This document shows positions 13,282 to 27,017 of a stretch of 64,000 nucleotides of DNA, piece after piece. The stretch is from the human T2T-CHM13v2.0 reference genome, Homo sapiens. The position numbers and the translations under genes are program-made. Each line of letters begins with the position of its first letter. The stretch's first letter is position 1. The notes under the pieces are model-generated. The model saw only the letters and a list, made by a program, of their open reading frames with translations, was not told the origin of the DNA and did not search any database. The DNA lies in assembly GCF_009914755.1 (NCBI RefSeq), contig NC_060932.1, one strand, 5' to 3'.

Positions 13282-14095
13282 TGTGAACCAAAAGTATCTG
13301 AGACAAATCTCAAATCAATTTAGAAAGTTATTTTGCCAAGTTAAGGATGCATGCTCAGGAGGCAGCTCTTGCCCTTCTCAAAGAATAATTTTGAGGGCTT
13401 CAGTATTTAAAGAGGAAACGATGGATATTGCAGGAAGAGAAAGAAATGGTGAGGGGAGGGGGGAGGGATAGCATTGGGAGATATACCTAATGCTAGATAA
13501 CGAGTTAGTGGGTGCAGCGCACCAGCATGGCACATGTACACATATGTAACTAACCTGCACAATGTGCACATGTACCCTAAAAGTTAAAGTATAATAATAA
13601 AATAAAAAAGTTAAAAAAAAAAGTACGCATAGGTAAGAAACAAAGGGTTGCATTCTTTTGAGTCTTTGGTCAGCCTTTCACAAATACACAATTTACATGT
13701 TGGGTGGACAGTCACTAGAGAAATGATCATTAATGCCTTTGTTCTGACTCAGTGGATCTTCATTTTTACATCAGAGGAAGCAATCAGGTATGCATTTGTC
13801 TAGGTGAGCAGAGGGATGACTTAGAGTTTTGTCTTTTTCCTGCACCTGGGAAGAGAAGCTAGCAATTTACATTGTCAGGGTAAAATTCAACACAACTATT
13901 TTAGGGTAAAGATCTTGGGGCCCACAAGGAATTTCCTCATAGCCAATTTGTGAGGGAGGTATGTAGCATTTTTAACTTTGTGGAAATCTTATTTAGGAAT
14001 AAAATAGGAGGCCAGTTTTCCTGACACAGTTCCCAGCTTCCCTTTTCCCTTTGGCATAGTGAATTTGGGGTCCCAAGATTTATTTTCCTTTCACA
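13282..14095 (-). mobile_element. MER4A ERV1 solo LTR, interrupted by an L1PA 3' end
   Basis: Minus strand begins TGTGAAAGGAAAATAAATCTTGGGACCCC. TG...CA termini. Perfect 4-bp TSD AAAC (13278-13281, 14096-14099). Confidence 0.9.
13448..13622 (+). mobile_element. L1PA2-like 3' end (5'-truncated, about 175 bp)
   Basis: G-rich tract, then GCATTGGGAGATATACCTAATGCTAGATAACGAGTTAGTGGGTGCAGCGCACCAGC with GAG rather than ACA/ACG at the Ta diagnostic site, then TTAAAGTATAAT and an A tail. Confidence 0.9.
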
Positions 14096-14126
14096 AAACC
14101 ACAGAGCACTAAACCTTGTTAATTGG

Positions 14127-14128
<2 letters not shown>

Positions 14129-14157
<29 letters not shown>

Positions 14158-14168
14158 CAAACAAAAAA
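14129..14168. repeat. (AAAAC)n simple repeat
   Basis: Seen directly. Confidence 0.9.
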
Positions 14169-16049
14169 GCCCTAATGATAAACTGTTACCATGTGAAAAA
14201 CAAAGCTAAAACTAATTGAAGTAAATTATAATTCATTACAAAACCAACATTATAAGTGTTCAAAAATAAGTGTAATGCAAGCAAGATCTACTTGAATTTA
14301 AATAGCATATCACTGAATTTAATGAGAAAAATAGATGTTGATGTTTAAAAGAAGTGTAGTAGAATATTAGTTTTAGGACTGCTAGATCTTTGAAATATTC
14401 TCTTGAATATTATCAGTAATTTATCAAGAAATAAAGCATTTTGTGACAAAATTGGATTTTAGCCTGTGACGTTAGATATTGGTTAAACTTTTAGTTCACT
14501 ATGACACTTTAAAAGTTTAAACTTTGAACAATTCATTTAATGTCAAAATCCTAATTGTAAAAATATGAGATCATGAGAAATATCTTCCTTATCATTTTTT
14601 AAACCACTAGATATTAAGCCTTTTACAATTTTAAAGCTATACTCCAAAACAATAACACTATTTCATTGCAAAGATATATATGTGATTAAATATATAACAT
14701 ATATCTCTATATCATATAAATATATTGAAGAATATGGGTTCTTTTTGTCTAAATTTAGAAAACATTTATGTTTGCATCAATGCACTTTGAAAAAAGACCA
14801 TTGGAAATACACATTTTAATAAAAACCAAATGACAAATTTATAGTTCATTATAAAATATTTTACAGACTTTGAAACATTTAGTACGATTCTAAACGGTTG
14901 AAATAATATCAATGAGTTTTCCTACTGGGCTAGTTACTGGCTGACTGTTCAAAAACGTTTAGCCTGAGTGGCTTTGACTATTCTTCAAAAGTGTTTGTGC
15001 ATCTCCACGTCTGAATCATTTCATTTTGGCAACAGGCAGATGGTAGGTTTCAGATTGAAATGTAACACCAATGTGATGAAACAAATTTATCTAACAGAAA
15101 AATTAAAAACAATATAAGCAAGCAGAATATGGTTGATTATAAGTGGATGATTTAGTCCCACTCTCTTGACTCATATGTTTGCATATTAAACACCCTAACC
15201 ACAGTGACTGGGAGACTTTTTAAAATTTTTTTAATTTTCATTACACAATCTGTTTCTAATAACACACATTCAAAATGATTGTTCATTGCTTTATTTATTT
15301 GCCCAGTTTTGTGTTCATATATGGCATAGTTTGTGCCATATGTATAGACAAACTGTGCCGTATATACGTAATATAGCTTGTGGAATCGATACCATAGTAC
15401 AGGAAGGGTTGGGAATCCATCCTTCCAAGGATATCCAGCTGGTGTACACAGAAACCGTCTGCACAGATGAACTGGAGTGATTACATTTTATTTATATGCC
15501 CCATTTTTTAAATGATTCGTATAATTTATCTTAAAAAATGGTTCTAGAAGACTTTAAACGATCACATTTTTATTTTCAAATCTTCCACATTTTTTTTTCT
15601 TAAGTGAGAAGCTTTGATCTTTCAACGGATGAACACAAGTTTAATATAAATTAATGACAAGGACATCAGAATTCAGTTTGGTTCAGATAAGTGACTCCTG
15701 TAAAATACTTATTGCTTGAATTTAATGTATAAACAATCCTATTTCCTAAAGGATAAACAAGTGTTCATTTTTATATATTAGTACAGCGACTCTTCGTAAT
15801 ACCATCTATTGCTTTGAAAAAATATATGCAATGGCACATAAAAGGGGCCCCGTCTACATGATTTGGAAACTGATCCTCAAGTCTATTCCTTTGTCGTCTC
15901 TTGTGAAAAGTATGGTAATGTGCCTCTATTTAGATTTTTTCAGTGAAAGTTTTGCTTATTATTAATTTTCAAGTGTGAACTATAGGGAAAAGACCCAAGG
16001 TACATTATTTAAAAACTTTAGGATGCAAGAATAAAGAAGAAACACACAG

Positions 16050-16170
16050 GATTTGGTGTCATATTACCAAGATGTAAATCCTTTTTTTACAGTTTCCAAG
16101 AGGCATAGCCTGGTGCTATTCAACTAACCTTTTAAAATCTCAGTTTCTCACAGGTAAATTATTTATATGG
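16050..16170 (+). mobile_element. MIR remnant
   Basis: AACTAACCTTTTAAAATCTCAGTTTCTCACAGGTAAA is a MIR core. Confidence 0.5.
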
Positions 16171-16789
16171 AAGTAACCAACAAGGAGTAATAACACTACA
16201 AATGTGACATGTTAGATTAAAAGTTTCATAAACATTTTACAATAGCATCAAAAGCTAGAAATTTATCCAAATGTAGTGGTAATTCAGGCCCAGAAAGACA
16301 ACATTGTTCTTCAGGCCACTTTGCTTAAGATCTAGGACTCTCCAGATTACTGACTGGCAAAAACAAAGTTTAAAGTCAGGCCAGAAACCACGGAACAGGA
16401 ATTCTCAGTCTTGTTGAGAACCAGCTAATTATTTCATTTCATTAATTAGTTATGGATTACTTATCATATATTTAGAATATACTTTAATTACAGGGAAAAA
16501 AGAAGCATGACAATTTCAACAAGCGAAATAGCCAGATAATGCTGAAATGATCCATCCACAAAATACCCAAGGAATAATATAGATCTCATAAAATAAATGT
16601 AACAAATATTAGATTTTTTCATCTTTAATTTTGTTTTCCTATAATCCAATGTTATGTAATTACTTAGATAGTTTTAAAGACGCCCAGGAGCATAATAGGA
16701 GATGAACATGGAATCTTGCACAGAGTCATAAGAAAAATATACAACTATTAGGAAGCATATGAATATTAAGTTGATTTTCAAATTTTCAA

Positions 16790-16950
16790 TATGTTCTCCA
16801 TAGGCTTTCTCATTGTGTTCTCACGATAACTCTGAGCCTTATGGAACAAGCTTTTATGATCCATGCTTGCAGCTGAGCAAAGTGGACCCATGAACACACA
16901 GTCGAGGTAGAGCTGGAGAAGGAAGCCCTTGTCTCCTGACTGCAGTCTTA
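16790..16950 (-). mobile_element. MIR remnant
   Basis: TCTCACGATAACTCTGAG...TTGCAGCTGAGCAAAGTGG...GTCTCCTGACTGCAGTC. Confidence 0.5.
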
Positions 16951-17785
16951 CTTAAAACATCAAGAAGGATGGACTCCTAGTTGGTCTACCTTTACGGCTA
17001 TTGCTCTTGCCCTCATAAATTATTTAGTACAAGTGGGTACACGCCAAGCTTTCTTATATTGATTTCCTCAGCAATATCTTTTCCTCTTACCAGGTCTCTA
17101 TTCCTTTACAGAGCATTTATGACACATTGTAATGTCATCTTCCAAGGGCCAAGTGGCTATTCCTGGAAGTAGCAATGATCGATATTTCAGAATCATAATT
17201 GGGACAGAGGAGAGAGCTCACAAAAGGGACTATTTCCCAATGTATCTCTTTTGATGTCAATGAATTCCTGAAAGAGTTGAGGCTGAGGGTAATATTCTTT
17301 TTGAAATTTAGATGAGCAGGATTTTAATGTACTAAAGAAGGAATGAAGATTTCTGGTGTGGGGATAGGGTTTATTGTTGCTTTTTTTCCTCTCTTTCATT
17401 GTCCTCAGTTGCTGGTTGTTTCTTTATTTTGCTCATTCATATATTTTGCTTAAAAAACTATTGTTTATTTGTTTAAAAAACAACTTTTTTATTGGCATAA
17501 GAAAAACTTGAACCATAGATGATGTAACAATCTTTAATTTTTCATCAGTGTTAGCTGTTCCTCTTTATTTAACATTTGTATTTCATGTCCTGCTAATCAA
17601 TTTTATAAGTTTAGCGATTTTTCATTGTAAACCTACCTCATGTATTATGTATTGATATTTTGTAAAAAATTTGCTTTGGAGAAATCTCACAGTTTTTCTG
17701 AGCTGCATTTCCTTATGTTTTTGACTAAATTTTTTTTTGTTTTGAAAGGATTGTAGATTCACATGCAATTTTAAGAATTCATAGA

Positions 17786-17864
17786 GGCCAGGCATGGTGG
17801 CTCATGCCTGTAATCCTAGCACTTTGGGAGGCCAAAAAAAAAAAAAAATAAGAGAGAAAAAAAG
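17786..17864 (+). mobile_element. 48-nt Alu 5' fragment followed directly by an A tail
   Basis: GGCCAGGCATGGTGGCTCATGCCTGTAATCCTAGCACTTTGGGAGGCC (17786-17833), then A15 TAAGAGAG A7 G. Confidence 0.9.
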
Positions 17865-18760
17865 AAGTAATATACAAAGATCCTGTGTATCTTTTTAAAA
17901 TTTTACCCCAAAGTTACTATTTCACAGAAGTGTAGTAGATTATCACAACCAGAATACTGATGTCAATACAGTGAAGACACAGAAGTCCATCTGCACACAC
18001 ATTCTTCATGCTGCCCTTCATAGCCACACCTACTTGTCCCCTCCCATTACCAGCCCCTTGAGAACTCCTGGACACCACCAATGTTGTTGTTGTTGTTGTT
18101 TTTCCATTTCTATAATTTTGTTAATTCTAGGAGGTTATGGAAATGGAAATGGAATCATACCGTATCCATTAACTTTGAGGCTAGATTTTTTATTCACTCA
18201 CCATAATTCTTTTGAATATTGAACCACTCTGTTCTGCTACGAATCCTTCTTTTTGGTTGCTGGGTACCATCCCATGATAGCAATGTGTTACAGTGTATTT
18301 AGCCACCCACTTGTTGAAAGACATCCGGTTTGTTTTCAGATTTTTGTTATTATGAATAAAGCTACTATAAACAATTGTCTACAGGTTTTCTTTTCTTTTC
18401 TTTTCTTTTTTTCTTTTCTTTTTCTTTTTGTGGAGATGTTAAGTCTTTATTTCTTCAGGATAAATGCCCAGGAGTGTAATATCTGGGCGATAATGACAAT
18501 GATAATTGCATTTGTGTTGTTTTTAAGAAAATGCAACACCATTTTTAAATTATGGAGTCTATTCTCTTAACAGGTAAAGGGCTATTCAGATCATCTATTT
18601 TATCTTAGTTGACTTTTGGTAGTTTGAGTTTACAAAGCATTACCTTCTAGTATAATTTTTTTCTCTCTCTTACATTAACTGCATCTCATTTAATGCCAGA
18701 TGTTGTATTCTCATTTTCAGTTAGACTGATGTATTTTTTAAAACTTCCTTTGAGGCTTCC

Positions 18761-19121
18761 TTTTATGGCTTGAATATGTGTGTCCTCCTAAAATTTATAG
18801 TGAAGTCCTGGCCCCCAGTGTGATGGTGTTAGGGGGTGGGACCTCGGGAGGCGATGAGGCCCTGCGTGTGGAGCCCTCCTGAATGGGATTGGGGACCTTA
18901 AGAGAAGAGATGTGAGGAAGATGATCTATCTTTACACCTGTGAGGTAACAAGGAGAAGACGGCCATCTGTAAGCCAAGAAAAGAGCCCAAACTAGGAACC
19001 CCACCATTCTGGCACCCCAATCTTCAACTTCCCAGCCTCCAGAAATGTAAAAAAAAAAAAATCTGTTGTTTAAGTCACATGGTCTGTGGTATCTTAATAG
19101 CAGCCTGAACTCACTAGAACA
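18761..19121 (+). mobile_element. MLT1A/MLT1A0 MaLR solo LTR
   Basis: TATGGCTTGAATATGTGTGTCCTCCTAAAATT...ACTTCCCAGCCTCCAGAA...GCAGCCTGAACTCACTAGAACA. Confidence 0.85.
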
Positions 19122-19203
19122 CTTACTAGTTTACCAATGGATTATTTAGATGTGTTTTTTCATTTCCAAGGTTTTGAAGATTGTTTTTTTTATCTTTCTG
19201 CTA

Positions 19204-19559
<356 letters not shown>

Positions 19560-20430
19560 TTACTGATTTCTAGTTTGATTACTCTATGAATAGAAAAATA
19601 TTCTGGACAATTTCAAATTGTTTACTTTTTTTGAGGTTTGTTTACAGGCCAGAATATAATCTTTCTTGGCAAATGTTTCATGGTGTTTGAAAAAATATCT
19701 GTTTTCTGTTATTGGGTGGGGACATTCTATAGTTGTTAGTCTCAGTATGCGAGTTGATTGTGTCATCATCATTCTACATTTCTGTTGATATTATCTGCAT
19801 TGCTAGGACTGGTATGTTGAATCCTCAATCTAATTAAGAATCTTATTGTGGATTCTTCCACTTCTCCTATTAACTCTATCGGTTTTTGCATCATGTCTTT
19901 TGAAACTATTTTATTTGGTGCATTCATATTTAGAATCTTTGTCTTTCTTATGGCTTCACACTTTCATCATTCTTATGTCTACTAATTTTCCTTTCTCTGA
20001 AATCTACTTTATCTAATATTAGCACAGCCATTTTTGCTTTTTTGATTAATGTTTGCACTGTGTATCCTTTCCCTCCTTTATATTCAAACTATCCATATTG
20101 TTGTACTTGATATTAATTTTTAATAAGCACTGTAAAGTTTGTTTCTTAAAAAAATTCATGCTATCTATCTCTGTCATTTTGGTTAGCATATTTAGGTTAT
20201 TTAAACATAAAGTAATTATTGATATATTTGAGGTAAGCCTGCCATTTTATTCCCATATTATAATAATGATTTATTTATTTATTTATTTGCTTATTTCCTA
20301 TTTTTCTCTTTTCACCCTTAAATTCCCATGGATAATTAGAACATTTTTAGTATTCCACCTTGATTTATTTATGGTATTTTTAGCATATCACTTTGTATAA
20401 TTTTCTTAGAGTAGGTATTATAATTTAACC

Positions 20431-21543
20431 CAGTAAGCCTCAATTAATATCACTGATAGGTTCTTAGAAACTGTGACTTTAAATGAAATGATGTATAATG
20501 AAATCAGTTTTACCACAGGCTAACTGATATAAATAAAAATTAAGTTCCTATGGCACATTTCTGGCCACAAAAACATCACCAACTTTCTAAGTAAACATCC
20601 AAAACCCTTCTAATATTGAAATAAAGAGCTTTACATACACTTTCGGAGGCCAAGGTGGGCGGATCACGAAGTTGGGAGATGGAGACCATCCTGGCTAACA
20701 CGGTGAAACCCCGTCTCTACTAAAAAAAAAATACAAAAAATTAGCCAGGGGAGGTGGCGGGCGCCTGTATTCCTAGCTACTCAGGAGGCTGAGGCAGGAG
20801 AATGGTGTGAACCTGGGAGGTGGAGCTTGCAGTGAGCCGAGATGGCGCCACTGGACTCCAGTCTGTGCGACAGTGCGAGACTTCGGAAAGAAAGAAAAAG
20901 GAAGAGAGAGAGAGAGAGAGAGGAGGACGGGTAATAACGACAAGTAAGATAATTAGTTAACCAACTTTTAGTGACTCACTGAGCAATTGTGATTGTTGAG
21001 GTGGTGGGTTAAATCAAGGAATAAGGTTTTGTAAAGGAAAAATTGTAAGGAGCTCCTCCTACCACTAAAAAAATTAATTAAATAAATAAATAACAAATAT
21101 GTCAAGCTCACTGAGTGTTTTTGTACTGCTTGTTTATTGGTGTGCATTTATATAAATATAGTACACTTTACACATTTTTATTTTACAATCACTTGTATTC
21201 CCTCATTAATGCATTTATTTTTCAACCCGCTTATTCCAGTTTAGGGTGGCAAGTGGCTGGATCCTATCCCAGCAGTTCAAGATGCAAGGAATAAACCACC
21301 TCAGGAGAGGACCTCATCCTTGCAGGCAGGACACACTCCCACCTACACTCACTTCCAGCGGGACCATTTAGACACACTTATCCATCTAACATGCAGGTCT
21401 TTGGGGTGTCAGAGGAAACCAGAGTGCTGGGAAGATTATCCAAACTTCACACAGACAGTGGTCTCAGCTAGAATCAATTTTTCTTTTCTCATCAACATTA
21501 TAGGGAAACACCATTGAACAAAAACGTTAGTGGAGGACCTGCT
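20431..21543 (-). mobile_element. MER6 Tc1/mariner (Tigger) non-autonomous DNA transposon, interrupted by AluY
   Basis: Ends CAGTAAGCCTCAATTAA...GATAGGTTCTTAGAAACTG and ...GAGGACCTGCT. Internal CAACCCGCTTATTCCAGTTTAGGGT and AAACTTCACACAGACAGTGG. Confidence 0.88.
20638..20931 (+). mobile_element. AluY, 5'-truncated, with a GA-rich tail
   Basis: GACCATCCTGGCTAACACGG, GAATGGTGTGAACC and GGAGCTTGCAG diagnostics. Tail is GAAA/(GA)n. Confidence 0.92.
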
Positions 21544-21546
21544 CCA

Positions 21547-21860
21547 CAGATAGTCCCCAACTTATGACTTACATTTTTCAACTTTACAGTGATGCAAAAA
21601 CATTCTATCTTTTGCTTTCACTGCAGTATTCAATTAATTACATGAGATATTCCACACTTTATTACAAAATAAGCTTTCTTTTGGATGATTTTGCCTAACT
21701 GTGGGCTAATATTAAGAGTTCTGAGCACATTGAAGGTAGGCTAAGCTAAGCTGTGACGTATGGTATGTTACTTATATTTAATACAGTTTCGATTCATGAT
21801 ATTGTCAACTTACAGCAGGTTTATCAGGCGGTAACCCCACTGTGAGTAGAGAAGCACCTG
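21547..21860 (-). mobile_element. MER47A (Tigger5-derived MITE)
   Basis: CAGATAGTCCCCAACTTA...GTTCTGAGCACATTGAAGGTAGGCTAAGCTAAGCT...GAAGCACCTG followed by TA. Confidence 0.85.
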
Positions 21861-22085
21861 TAGGTATCTCATCACAATCTACTGGTATCATCCAGGGTAG
21901 TGCAGAAAACTTATTTTCATTTCGGACCCATTACTCTCCCCACTTTTTAATGGAATCATCTTGAGATTAAAGTAATTAGTTAGAAGAAGTCGCCCATTAT
22001 ATATTTTTTAATTTTTATCTCTTTCCATGTTCTTACCACCAGGCTTTATGGAATAACAGTGGGACGTTAGTGGTGAAGATGAGGG

Positions 22086-22551
22086 TGTCACACGTGTCAG
22101 TATAGAAGACCATCTCGACAGGCTTTGTGTAAGCAACAAGGCTGTTTACTCACTTGGGTGCAAGTGGGCTGAGTCCGAAAAGAGAGTCAGTGAAGGGAGA
22201 TAGGAGAGGGGCAGCTTTATACCGCTTGGGTAGGCAGTGGAAAGTTACAGTTAAAGGTGGTTTTTTGTTGTCAGCAGGGGAGGGGGTCACAAGGTGCATG
22301 GTGGAGAGATCACGAGACTTATTGTCCAGGAGAAGAATGTCACAGGGCCGATTGATCAGTTAGGGTAGGGCAGGAACAAGTCATAGTAGTGGAATGTCAT
22401 AAAGTTGGTTAATCAATTAAGGCAGGAACTGGCTGTTTCACTTCTTTCGTGGTTTTTCAGCTGCTCCAGACTTCTTGGCTCCTGCAGGCCATCTGTATAT
22501 GTGCAGGTCACAGGGGTTACAATGGCTGAGCTTCGGCTCAGAGGCCTGACA
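22086..22551 (-). mobile_element. LTR7C (HERV-H family) solo LTR
   Basis: Minus strand starts TGTCAGGCCTCTGAGCCGAAGCTCAGCCATTGTAACCCCTGTGACCTGCAC and contains GCAGGAGCCAAGAAGTCTGGAGCAGC. TG...CA termini, 466 bp. Confidence 0.92.
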
Positions 22552-22588
22552 GTGTGTTTTTTCTGTTGGTATCTGGCTGAAATGAAGT

Positions 22589-22925
22589 GGTATCTTAGCC
22601 CATTTGGACTACTATAACAAAATACTGGGTAATTTATAAACAACAGAAATTTATCACTCACAACTTGAGAGTGGAAGGTCCAAGATCAAGACACCAGCAG
22701 ATTTGGTGCCTGGTGAGTGTGGACAGGGCAGATTTCTCTTCCACATAGATCCTCATGTGGCAGAAGCAGCAAGAGGCTCATTCAAGCCCTTTTATAAAGG
22801 CTCTAATTGCATTCATGATGGCGGGTCTCTTATGACCTAATCTCCTCCAAAAGGCCCAACCTCTGTGTTGGGGGTGAGGTTTCAACCTATGAATTTGAGG
22901 ACACACTGACATTCAGATCCCAGCA
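22589..22925 (-). mobile_element. MLT1A MaLR solo LTR
   Basis: TCTTAGCCCATTTGGACTACTATAACAAAATAC...TCCAAGATCAAGACACCAGCAGATTTGG...ACATTCAGATCCCAGCA. Confidence 0.85.
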
Positions 22926-23124
22926 GGAAGGCACTGCCAATAGGCTTTTCCTCTTGGCCACTGGGAACAGGCATTTTTTGGAGCCTTTTTTTCTGTGTGC
23001 CTGTTGGTGGTTAAATGTTGCAGACTTCTGCAGCATTCTGTCTGGAGCATGTGGGAAGCCCGTTGGTTGTGTATGGAAGGTTCATCAGCTTCACTCATTT
23101 TATCTTCTAGGTCACTGCTGCTGT

Positions 23125-23730
<606 letters not shown>

Positions 23731-24739
23731 TAACAGGTGTCTCCGATTCTGAAAAACGTTATGTTAAAATATTTTAATAAAATCGCATTTATATTTCCCT
23801 TTCATTTTTGAACAATATAATTTGTTTTATACCTGTAGCTATTATGTTCTTTGTTGCATTCATTTTTATGAGTGTTAAATAACCGTCACAAATATGCTCC
23901 TTAATTTTTTATATGGTGTTCTGTTTACCTTTTGTATTTTAACCTTAATTTCCACCTTGTCTAAAAATAATATTGCTTTTCCTGTTTTCTCTTGTCTGGT
24001 ACTGATTTCTCCATCCCTTTATTTCTAACATTTTAAGAAAAAAAAAAAAAAAACATGCATGCATACACTTACTTTAGAAAGTGCACCTACTGCCCGTTAA
24101 CTGAATTTGTAAAAATAGTGGAGAAATGTTGTTTATTCTAACATAACAGTTTTAATCTCCTAAAAGGATTTAACTCAATGATAGTTAAACAATTGCTATA
24201 TTTGGATTTATTCTTTTTGTTTTATTTTATGTTAATAATTCATCGTATTTCATTATTTCTTTTTTTTTTTTTTTTCCTAATTTTGCTGATCCAACTTTTC
24301 TGGTTTTGCTGTCGATTCACTTTTCTTTTTTTCTTTGTTTATTTGAAAATTCGATTAAACTTTTCCATTTCTTTAATAGCTGTCTTCCCTGTACCTGAAT
24401 CAGACAAAAACCTCTCCACCACTATAGGACTGCTCAACAGCAGCTCTTCTCACTAACATTCTCTGTGCTTTGTCTTGCAACCTCCTCACCTCAACCCTAA
24501 CAAATGAGGCCTTTAGAATATGCTGAGGCCATTGTCTCACCATAATCAACCCCTTCTACCTTACATATGAGTAGCATTATTGCCTTTGATGTCTCTTTCC
24601 CCATGATGTGTTGTCTTACGATAGTTTAATTTGGAGCAAGTTACTTTGAAACATATGTGCATATGTGATTGTTTGCAATTTCTAGAAATTACTCAGTTCT
24701 AGTCACCTCATCATTATTTATTAATTTATTTAATAAATA

Positions 24740-24970
24740 TGTAGTATTTAGTATGACATAATCAATGTTTTAAGAACTTTATAAATATTAAATGAAATAA
24801 TGTTATATGAAGGCTATGAGTTATGTAAGTACTATTGTGTGTGATTTATAGAAACTGAAGTATCAACAGTGAAATGGACATGATTTAGCTGATAAGTGGT
24901 ACAAGTATGATTTAAACTCCAAAAATCTAGCTGCAGAGCTAACTCTTAGACATTAAATCATGCTACTTCT
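24740..24970 (-). mobile_element. MIR remnant
   Basis: TTTATAGAAACTGAAG...AGCTGATAAGTGG...GATTTAAACTCC...CATGCTACTTCT. Confidence 0.55.
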
Positions 24971-26432
24971 TATTTATATTTATGTTTATTTCAATTTGTG
25001 TGTGTCTCTCTCTATATATATCTATATATATAGGCACACACACACAGACAAGGTTCACTGCACTCTAATAATTTATTCCAATTAGATCTTATTTATTGAT
25101 CTCTATGTTTTGCTATATTTGGATTTGTTTAAAATTTTCCAAACAGGTTACCTGGGTTTTGTAGTCTCTGCTTATATAGTCAGAAAGAGCTTTATTTAAT
25201 CCTTAAAGGGAAGTATCTTGCTGAAAAGAGAATTCCTGAATGACAGTCTTCAGCCCTTCTTCCATGGTCTTCTACTTGAAAGGAAGAGATAAAATATCCA
25301 GTGATGAACTGATTATTATTATTATTATGCTCAATTTCAGATTTTCTTCTTCAAAAGAGATGGTTTTCTATTATTTGTTCACTATTATCACTAAAATGAT
25401 TATCAGTTCTTTTCTTCTCTTGAATATCTATACTTCATGTATTGATTTTCCTGGATATATTGCCCAAGAATCTGTAAATTTTCCAACCTAAATTACATCT
25501 TCTTGTATGTTTGCTCTTTGTTTCAGACTCTTCCTTTGATGTTCTAGGCCACCATTTTACATCTCAAAAGGGAGTGGCCTTCTCTCCAACTTACTCATCC
25601 ACTTTTCAGTTCCAGCGCTTCTTCTCCGTGTGATTCTTCGATATCCTTAAGCTTTTTTCTTGTTACAAATTTGTCGTTTTTCAAGCTTTCATCTCTTCTA
25701 CAGTAACTCCATTTCATAAAGAACATGTTCTGAATTTTTTAAAAAGTTATTATTCTCTACAGATTCTAGGTAATCTTAGTTGGGTAGTTAGTTATTTTTA
25801 TTAGTGTTATTTTTGGGTGAAACTTTTGGGGCTCAGGTACAACTGCTGGGTATCATGACTGGGAGTGGCCGTGATCCCCACGCTGCACACTAGCCTGAAG
25901 CTTGGCTCAGGAGATGCAGATGGGAAGATACTGAGCTGAAAGTGGAGAATGCTAAGACCCTTAGGCTACAATCTTCCCCAAATCTCTCATCTGAATACGT
26001 GCTATTTTCCTTAAATGCACATCCATTTTTAAAACTGTAATTTCCTGTACAATCAGTATCTATAGTAACTTATATACTTACAATCTAAGATGTGCAAACC
26101 CTTAAAATATACTCTGGAGATAATACAATTTTGAACATGTTTTGCCCTTGTTCTCCTGAATCTTCAGGATTGTGGAAGCTACAAGTAAGAAAGCAACTGA
26201 AAGGATGCGATGTCATATGTGTGATGACAGCAATATGTGTGTTGCCACAGAAGGACACTGCAGAGGAAGTCCACCTTCCTACAAGGGAGTAGATCAGCAC
26301 TTTCAAAGGACACTACAGCTGAGCTGATACCTGAGGCATGGGGATCAGCTCAATCAAAGCTCAAAGGCAGAAAGCATCTAGTATCCCAGGGAAGTTAAAA
26401 ATAGGTCTCTGTAGCTCAAAAAGAAGGTACAT

Positions 26433-27017
<585 letters not shown>

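Noticed and set aside
15295-15472. Exon-like open frame on the minus strand (FICADGFCVHQLD...)
   Set aside because: The polypyrimidine tract and donor are weak, I recognise no protein, and there are no partner exons.
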